A stretch of DNA of 44,758 nt. Origin: an uncultured Acidobacteriota bacterium (GTDB lineage: Bacteria; Acidobacteriota; Vicinamibacteria; Fen-336). Location: positions 1 to 44,758 of the forward strand of contig CAZMRX010000003.1 in NCBI GenBank assembly GCA_964568755.1, in the 5' to 3' direction. The stretch's first letter is position 1. Each line of letters opens with the position of its first letter. The notes under the pieces were generated by a model that did not search any database, was not told the origin of the DNA, and saw only the letters and a program-made list of their open reading frames with translations. Below, piece after piece: positions 40,227 through 44,758 of the stretch. The position numbers and the translations under genes were made by a program.

Positions 40227-40630
40227 GAGCGCCGGCCGTCGCACGGAGCCACGGGCTCGGTAGGCTCGAGCTCGGCGTCCGCTTCCTCCAGGTCTTCGAC
40301 GCCGGCCTCGTCCTCGAGCAGCACCGGGCCGTCGGCGGACACGACGCAGTAGTCGCGCACCAGCACGTACCCGTCGCCGAGCTCCACCATGTCCGGCGCC
40401 GCGGTGAACAGCACGACCTCACCCTTCTTGGTGTGCATGGGGGCGAACCTCTGCCCGGCCACGTCCCACAGGCCGGGCCCGACCGCGAGCACGCGGCCCA
40501 TGCGCGCGTTCATGCTCGAGCGCTCGGGCAGGAGGATGCCCCCCTCGGTCACGGTGTCGCTGAATCTCTCGATGAGCACGTAGTCGTGCTTCATCCTCTG
40601 CCGGCGTGCGTCGATCGTGCGGACGCTCAT
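40223..40630 (-). CDS. groES: GroES/Cpn10-like co-chaperonin (135 aa) with an acidic C-terminal extension
   Basis: The sequence ..DYVLIERFSDTVTEGGILLPERSSMNARMGRVLAVGPGLWDVAGQRFAPMHTKKGEVVLF...GDGYVLVRDYCVV follows the Cpn10 pattern (V.V......T.GGI.LP......G.V.AVG.G..........V..GD.VLF). ATG 40630 overlaps the RuvC stop. Confidence 0.75.
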   Translation of the reverse strand: MSVRTIDARRQRMKHDYVLIERFSDTVTEGGILLPERSSMNARMGRVLAVGPGLWDVAGQRFAPMHTKKGEVVLFTAAPDMVELGDGYVLVRDYCVVSADGPVLLEDEAGVEDLEEADAELEPTEPVAPCDGRRS

Positions 40631-41184
40631 GTGGTGGCTTTCGTTGTGGGGTTGCGAAGGTTCCACAGCAGGCGGGCGTACTCCGCGAGGAGCACGGCGT
40701 CCGCGGTGGCGAGCGTGAGGTGGGCCGTGGGGAAGAGCTGCTGGGCGCGGCCCTTCAGTCGGTTCTTGTGGTCCTTGCGGCTCTCTCCCTTGATGTGGGG
40801 ACAGCCGATCGCGGTCTGCCACTTGCGCGGCACGACCTGCTCGAAGGGGATGTCGGCGGCGATCAGGAACGCGCGCAGGGCGCCGTAGCTCGAGCCGACC
40901 TTGAAGTTGGCGACAGACCCGCGCATGGTCTCACTTCGGGGCGCCAGCGCAAGGTTGCGCGCGTAGGGCTGACGCGGGGTGAGTGTTTCGCTCTGCGGCC
41001 GGATCGCCGGCATCGGCCCAAGCTGTTCGATCATGCACCAGTTCGCGCCGCTGTCCTTGATGGCGAGCCAGCGGTCGCGCTCGGTCTCGGGCATGCGCAT
41101 GGTCGAGAGAAACACGCTCTGGTCGTGCGTGTCGAGGATGGCGAAGCCGCCGCTCGCGCCGGGGTCGATACCTAGAAGCCTCAC
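40627..41184 (-). CDS. ruvC: RuvC-like Holliday-junction resolvase (185 aa)
   Basis: The motifs are VRLLGIDPGASGGFAIL (first catalytic Asp), ..VVPRKWQ.., and ..RAQQLFPTAHLTLATADAVLLAEYA (terminal Asp). GTG 41184 overlaps the previous stop (GTGA). Confidence 0.75.
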   Translation of the reverse strand: MRLLGIDPGASGGFAILDTHDQSVFLSTMRMPETERDRWLAIKDSGANWCMIEQLGPMPAIRPQSETLTPRQPYARNLALAPRSETMRGSVANFKVGSSYGALRAFLIAADIPFEQVVPRKWQTAIGCPHIKGESRKDHKNRLKGRAQQLFPTAHLTLATADAVLLAEYARLLWNLRNPTTKATT

Positions 41185-41570
41185 GCGCGAGCCTCCGGCG
41201 CGCGGTGGACGTGCAGGCGGTACGACCAGATCCCGGTGGCGATGTACCGGCGCTCGATCGTGTGCCCACCGAACCGCGGCTTCCGCAGGTCGCGCAGGCG
41301 CGCGCTCACGCCGGCCTCGCTCCCGCCTACGGCCTTGGCCAGGTTGTAGAGCGTGCGCCACTCGCCGTCTTCCATGAGCTCGCGCACGGCCTGGAGCTGG
41401 CTCCCTAGGCGCGCGGCGTCGCGCTCTGGCTCGTAGGTCTCTCCATCGAAGACGGGATCGGGAGGCGAGCCATAGGGAGCGGGGTCGAGCGGCGCGTGGC
41501 AACGCTCGGGGTCTCCCTGGCCGTGCGGCTCGGGGAACAGCGCAAGTTGAGTCGGATGGGCGCGACGCAT
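41181..41570 (-). CDS. Winged-helix DNA-binding protein (129 aa)
   Basis: ATG 41570 has GGAG 6 nt upstream. The sequence ..QLQAVRELMEDGEWRTLYNLAKAVGGSEAGVSARLRDLRKPRFGGHTIERR..IWSYRL is a common phage/plasmid wHTH pattern. Confidence 0.65.
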   Translation of the reverse strand: MRRAHPTQLALFPEPHGQGDPERCHAPLDPAPYGSPPDPVFDGETYEPERDAARLGSQLQAVRELMEDGEWRTLYNLAKAVGGSEAGVSARLRDLRKPRFGGHTIERRYIATGIWSYRLHVHRAPEARA

Positions 41571-41588
41571 CGAGTTCTCCAAGGATGT

Positions 41589-41624
41589 GGGCCGCCCGGG
41601 GAGAAACCCTGCCCGGGGCGGCCC
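41589..41624 (-). promoter_or_regulatory. GC-rich intergenic stem-loop (12 bp, one bulge)
   Basis: gggccgcccggg / cccggg(g)cggccc around an 11-nt loop, between the 72-aa gene and the wHTH gene. No U-tract follows; the SD and ATG of the next gene follow within 20 nt. Confidence 0.45.
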
Positions 41625-41673
41625 GAGGCGTCACAACAACCGACAGGGATTGTGCCTCGCGCGGAGGCGCCGC

Positions 41674-41892
41674 TCAAGATGCCGGCGCGGGTTCTTTCGA
41701 AGCCGCGAGGTCGCGCTCGCGCTGTTTCTGCCTCTCGTAGGACTGGCGCAGCTTCGCCTGCTTTGGGCACGTCCACCAGTGCCATTCGCCGTTGCGGTTC
41801 TGGAGGGCGGACCTCCCTTGCCCGTTCAGGGCCCACCAGCAGCGCGCTCGGCAATCGGGGCAGCGGACTCCAGGGTTCTTCTTGTGGCTCAT
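41674..41892 (-). CDS. Small zinc-finger protein (72 aa)
   Basis: The ATG at 41892 lies inside track ORF 41674-42009. Sequence: MSHKKNPGVRCPDCRARCWW...WTCPKQAKLRQSYERQKQRER. Good third-position G/C from this ATG. Confidence 0.6.
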   Translation of the reverse strand: MSHKKNPGVRCPDCRARCWWALNGQGRSALQNRNGEWHWWTCPKQAKLRQSYERQKQRERDLAASKEPAPAS

Positions 41893-42450
41893 CAGGAAGA
41901 AGGAGAGTTTGGTGAGGCCCCGGCCGGTTCTCGGCCGAGGCCCCTTGACCGGAGTACCCATTCCTAGGTACACCGCGCTCGGACCAACAAGCAGGCCATA
42001 GCGTACCACCCGACGCGTCGCCGATCATCACGACACCCGATACTCGGGAAGAGCCCTGCGGGGCCTGGCGGGCGGACGAGAAGGGACCACGCACAGTCCA
42101 CCGCCCTGGCCGGGTGGTGGCCGGCGCAAAGCCGGGCTCCAGGGAGTGTCAGAAGCCGCGCAGGTCGTCAAAATGGTGAAACGCTCCCACCTTCATGCCG
42201 ACCCCTCCGAACGAGGGCTGAGCGCCGGAAGGGCCCGTGGTAGGCCCTTCTTCCGCCCCAACCCACCGAAGAACTGAGCAGGCTCGGAGGCGAGGCCCCA
42301 AGGCCGAGCCGCATCCGGGCCCGAAGAAGGAGCCACCGGCGACCAAGCCCCCGCCGGCCGCGAGCGCGCAGCGCGTGAGGCTTCCCTCTGGCCGCCAGGT
42401 TCGGGCCCTTGCCCGACAGGACCCGGAGGTTCTGATCGAGGAGCCCTGCC

Positions 42451-42496
42451 TGGAAAAGGAGCTGGGCGGCCCCCCTCGGTGAAGGGGACCGCCCAG
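42451..42496 (-). terminator. Intrinsic terminator-like hairpin for the leftward early operon
   Basis: A 13-bp GC stem (ctgggcggccccc / ggggaccgcccag, one mismatch) with a 9-nt loop. On the minus strand it is followed by CUCCUUUUCC. It lies 31 nt downstream of the beta-helix gene stop. Confidence 0.6.
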
Positions 42497-42526
42497 CGAC
42501 GGGTTCCAGGGCTCAGCCGCTCTCGT

Positions 42527-43342
42527 TCAGCGAGCCCCGCCCGTGGTCTCGACCCACGCGGGCCCTTGATCGGCCGTTCGGCACAGGGCTCCGTTCGTGT
42601 CGTACCAGGAGGCCCCCGCGCCGCCGCGGGCACGGGAGGCGAGGACGCGCACCGTCGCGGCGTACAGTCCTGGCCCGCCGTTCCCGCCGTAGGTGTCGGC
42701 GTAGCCGCAAGCCCACGACATCGAGAGGTTCTGCACCCCGCCGCCGACGATCGCGCTCCGCAGCGCGAACACGTGAGCCGCGGGCGCGCGCACGGCCGGC
42801 GCTCCGGTTGGACCGTCGAAATAGAGCGGGTCCCAGGGAAAGACATCGGACGCGCGAAGGCTCGAATCCTGGAGGCGCACCACGCACGGCCCCCCTTCGA
42901 GGTCGAGCGCCGAGGCGCCAGGAACCAGACTGTCAGCAGTAAACGGTCTCCCCGGCTCGACCTTGCAGCGCTCGAGCACGAGCTCCGTGAAGCCAGATCC
43001 GGCGATGGCGGGCGTGGCCGTGCCGAACTGGTGTGCGTCGAACGAACCGAAGCCGATCTCGAGCCCGGACAGGGTGACCGTGCCGGCGCCCGGCCCGTCG
43101 AGGATGATCGGGCTCTGCCAGGTGCAACACCCAAGAGGCGCGTGGCGCACCGCGCCGCCGTTCCTGCCGATCAGAGCGACCGGCTTGCGCACGTGGATCG
43201 GGCCGTGCTCGCCGATCACCATCACGAGCGCGCCGGGCGCGGCTGCGTCGAGCGCCGCCTGCAGATCATCGCCGGGGCGGACCTTCACCTGGCTGGGGGG
43301 TGTTAGTAGAGAGAGCAGGAGCGAGAAGAGAGGCAACAGCAT
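42527..43342 (-). CDS. Secreted right-handed beta-helix-like protein (271 aa)
   Basis: Signal-peptide-like N-terminus (MLLPLFSLLLSLLTPPSQV). It is followed by VRPGDDLQAALDAAAPGALVMVIGEHGP, the usual opening of pectate-lyase-fold/NosD-type proteins, and by repetitive G-x-x-V/L strands. GAGGGA SD lies 5 nt upstream. Confidence 0.7.
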   Translation of the reverse strand: MLLPLFSLLLSLLTPPSQVKVRPGDDLQAALDAAAPGALVMVIGEHGPIHVRKPVALIGRNGGAVRHAPLGCCTWQSPIILDGPGAGTVTLSGLEIGFGSFDAHQFGTATPAIAGSGFTELVLERCKVEPGRPFTADSLVPGASALDLEGGPCVVRLQDSSLRASDVFPWDPLYFDGPTGAPAVRAPAAHVFALRSAIVGGGVQNLSMSWACGYADTYGGNGGPGLYAATVRVLASRARGGAGASWYDTNGALCRTADQGPAWVETTGGAR

Positions 43343-43523
43343 GGGATCCCTCGTAAGTGGGTGCGCGCCGTTCGATCAGCCCGTCCTCGCGCGCGCGTGC
43401 GAGGAGCAGGTGGAAGGCTTCGGATTGTAGGCGCTCGGCCGCTCGGGGGCCCAGAGGCTCCGCGATTCGCTGGTAGGCGGACAGGACCGCCGCGGCGAAC
43501 TCCTCGAAGGGTTCGCGGCTCAT
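43266..43523 (-). CDS. Small hypothetical protein (85 aa); 3' end overlaps the next gene by 77 nt
   Basis: The ATG at 43523 lies inside track ORF 43266-43685 (MSREPFEEFAAAVLSAYQRIAEPLG...). Codon bias fades in the overlap. Confidence 0.5.
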   Translation of the reverse strand: MSREPFEEFAAAVLSAYQRIAEPLGPRAAERLQSEAFHLLLARAREDGLIERRAPTYEGSHAVASLLAPALSTNTPQPGEGPPRR

Positions 43524-43572
43524 GCCTGGTGCGGCCACCACTGAGGAACTCACGAGCCTCGGCTCCTCACGA

Positions 43573-43689
43573 TCACGAGCCTCCCCCCGCGTCCTCGACG
43601 GGATCGACGATCCGAGCGAAGCGCGCGCCCAGCACGAAGCCGAGCGCGCACGAGAGAGAGCACAGGATGTAGACGGTGAGGGCACTCAC
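43573..43689 (-). CDS. Mini membrane protein (38 aa)
   Basis: Below the ORF-track size cut-off as a separate gene. GTG 43689 overlaps the previous stop (GTGA). The product, VSALTVYILCSLSCALGFVLGARFARIVDPVEDAGGGS, has far better third-position G/C than the alternative GTG-43685 frame. Confidence 0.5.
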   Translation of the reverse strand: MSALTVYILCSLSCALGFVLGARFARIVDPVEDAGGGS

Positions 43690-44117
43690 GGCAGCACCTT
43701 GAGCTCGCGGGCCTTGCGGAGGATCAGCCAGATAGGCTCGTCGCCAACCCCGGCTATGGCCTGGGTCACGATCTCCTCGCACGCGCGGCCGAAGAGCAGC
43801 GAGCGCAGCGTCGAGGCAAGAAACTGCTGGTCGCAGATGCTGCACTCGAAGCAGTCCGCGCCGTCGTGTCGCGAGTAGTCCTTGCCGCGCAGCGCTCCGC
43901 CGCAGCCGACGATGATGCACTCCGGCGGCCTGCACCCCAGCTCGGTGCAGGGCGGGCAGTCGCGCGTCAGGATCTCAAGCAGCCGCTCGCCGGGGTGGCC
44001 TTCGGCCTCGCGCGCCTGGGCGTTGAAGCGCCCGCCGCAGCTCTCACACGTCGCGCGCGTGAGCACGGTGCCGGGCGCGTAGCTGTCGGCGCGCGGGTCG
44101 TCTTGCTCGTCGCTCAT
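43686..44117 (-). CDS. Cys-rich protein (143 aa)
   Basis: ATG 44117 overlaps the pentapeptide-gene stop (ATGA). The N-terminal MSDEQDDPRA is duplicated from the junction cassette. There are 12+ Cys in CxxC/CxC-type pairs (CESCGG.., CPPC.., CIIVGC.., CFECSIC). Confidence 0.65.
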   Translation of the reverse strand: MSDEQDDPRADSYAPGTVLTRATCESCGGRFNAQAREAEGHPGERLLEILTRDCPPCTELGCRPPECIIVGCGGALRGKDYSRHDGADCFECSICDQQFLASTLRSLLFGRACEEIVTQAIAGVGDEPIWLILRKARELKVLP

Positions 44118-44150
44118 TTGGACACCTCGGCCGTCTTCGGCAGCTTCGTG
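44088..44150. repeat. 63-nt gene-junction repeat, internal copy
   Basis: ggcgcgcgggtcgtcttgctcgtcgctcatttggacacctcggccgtcttcggcagcttcgtg is identical to 44696-44758 (the last 55 nt of that copy also equal nt 1-55). On the minus strand it encodes ..TKLPKTAEVSK-stop overlapping ATG-SDEQDDPRA. Confidence 0.9.
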
Positions 44151-44725
44151 CGCAGGAACTCCAGCGCTTCCGCGTCGGTCTTGCGAAACATGTGTGCTGC
44201 GGTCGGGATCAGCATGATCCCAGCGCGCTCCGGATCCATCCTGCGGATCAGCGGCACAGGACAAAGCGCTTGCGCCCAACCGGCGAGGCAGTGCGCGGTT
44301 CCACATGAGTGCTCTTCCTCGGGCGGTGTGTGCGTCGCGTCCCAACTCTGACCGTGCCAATGCGCCATATTGAGGCGCTTAGGTTGCGACAGCACCACCT
44401 CGGCGATCTTCGCCAGCATGGCCTCGGACTCCTCTGGAGTGGCCAGGTCGAGCCCATGAGCCCCGCGCAGGTCGGCCCCGCGCAGGTCGGCCCCGCTCAG
44501 GTTGGCCGCGTTCAGGTCGGCCCCGCGCAGGTCGGCCGCGCTCAGGTTGGCGCGGGCCTCTACCGCGGCCTCGACGCAAACTTTCAGCGAGGCGCACTCC
44601 TTGGCAAACAGGACGGCGCCGGTCCATCGGTGCTTGATCTCGCACAGCATGGGCATGGTCTCCAGGGAAGGGAGTCGGTTGGGGGGGGGGTGCAAGGCGC
44701 GCGGGTCGTCTTGCTCGTCGCTCAT
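44114..44725 (-). CDS. Pentapeptide-repeat protein with a C-terminal Cys/His domain (203 aa)
   Basis: Contains ANLSAADLRGADLNAANLSGADLRGADLRGAHGLDL (A[DN]LxG-type pentapeptides), followed by ..LNMAHWHGQSW...HSCGTAHCLAGWA... The leader MSDEQDDPRALHPPPN contains a 10-nt homopolymer. An alternative internal ATG (MPMLCEIKHRW) is at 44656. Confidence 0.8.
   Translation of the reverse strand: MSDEQDDPRALHPPPNRLPSLETMPMLCEIKHRWTGAVLFAKECASLKVCVEAAVEARANLSAADLRGADLNAANLSGADLRGADLRGAHGLDLATPEESEAMLAKIAEVVLSQPKRLNMAHWHGQSWDATHTPPEEEHSCGTAHCLAGWAQALCPVPLIRRMDPERAGIMLIPTAAHMFRKTDAEALEFLRTKLPKTAEVSK
44459..44548 (-). repeat. Six tandem 15-bp units (coding for the pentapeptide repeats)
   Basis: ggccccgcgcaggtc-like units repeat head to tail with a few substitutions, and they are in frame with the CDS. 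Confidence 0.85.
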
Positions 44726-44758
44726 TTGGACACCTCGGCCGTCTTCGGCAGCTTCGTG
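44696..44758. repeat. 63-nt gene-junction repeat, terminal copy (its last 55 nt equal nt 1-55, closing the genome)
   Basis: Read directly. See 44088-44150. Confidence 0.9.

Noticed and set aside
41405-42094. 229-aa minus-strand ORF spanning the wHTH upstream region and the 72-aa zinc-finger gene.
   Set aside because: It has Arg/Pro/Ser-rich composition, it crosses the GC hairpin at 41589-41624, and it overlaps the better-supported 72-aa gene in another frame.
42385-42445. GGTTCGGGCCC and GGTTCTGATCG motifs resembling tRNA T-arms.
   Set aside because: I could not build an acceptor stem, anticodon arm or D-arm around either motif on either strand, so no tRNA is supported.
42237-42482. Plus-strand 81-aa Pro/Lys-rich ORF ending in the loop of the terminator hairpin. 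The minus-strand 65-aa ORF 42149-42346 was considered too.
   Set aside because: Third-position G/C is only intermediate (~77% against >90% in confident genes), the sequence is low-complexity, and there is no SD. I left the region uncalled and flagged it as ambiguous rather than annotating a gene.
44459-44548. Tandem 15-bp repeats that could be mistaken for a mini-satellite or a degenerate CRISPR-like array.
   Set aside because: The units are contiguous with no spacers, are in frame, and translate to A[DN]LxG pentapeptide repeats of the CDS.
1-44758. Possibility that the window is an integrated prophage or plasmid region with flanking host genes, an integrase or att sites.
   Set aside because: No tyrosine or serine recombinase motifs, partition or replication-initiator genes, or host housekeeping genes were seen. 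The ends overlap each other and the gene content is entirely phage-like.

Overview
The window is an apparently complete, high-G+C (roughly two-thirds G+C by eye) tailed-phage genome. nt 1-55 are identical to nt 44704-44758, so the molecule closes on itself (unit length 44,703 bp) or is terminally redundant. Coding forms two strand blocks that diverge from a short, lower-G+C spacer (361-511) and converge near 23.3 kb. (i) The rightward virion block follows T7-like gene order: an unknown gene, a scaffold-like gene, the major capsid gene, four tandem decoration-like paralogs, adaptor-like and nozzle-like genes, then internal-virion-type proteins ending in a 2,805-aa multi-enzyme giant, and finally three small membrane/lipoprotein lysis-type genes. 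(ii) The leftward block wraps through the ends (360->19, then 44725->23249). It holds many small unknown or Cys-rich early genes, a pentapeptide-repeat protein, a secreted beta-helix protein, a GroES-like co-chaperonin, a RuvC-like resolvase, a PD-(D/E)XK exonuclease plus annealing-protein pair, a TerS-like gene, TerL and the portal gene. One 769-aa gene (37190-39499) is inverted inside the leftward block. I recognised no DNA or RNA polymerase, primase/helicase, integrase, repressor, endolysin, tRNA or CRISPR array. The most notable observations are: (1) RelA/SpoT-like, RadC/JAB, ParB-like and HExxH modules are fused into the gp16-position ejection protein. (2) A 138-codon zinc-ribbon ORF inside that giant ORF has its codon periodicity in the +1 frame. 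(3) Two sets of perfect direct repeats (63 nt and 216 nt) sit exactly on gene junctions and bracket gene cassettes. (4) A four-fold tandem paralog family follows the capsid gene. All functional calls come from motifs, gene order and codon periodicity read by eye. No database search was run.
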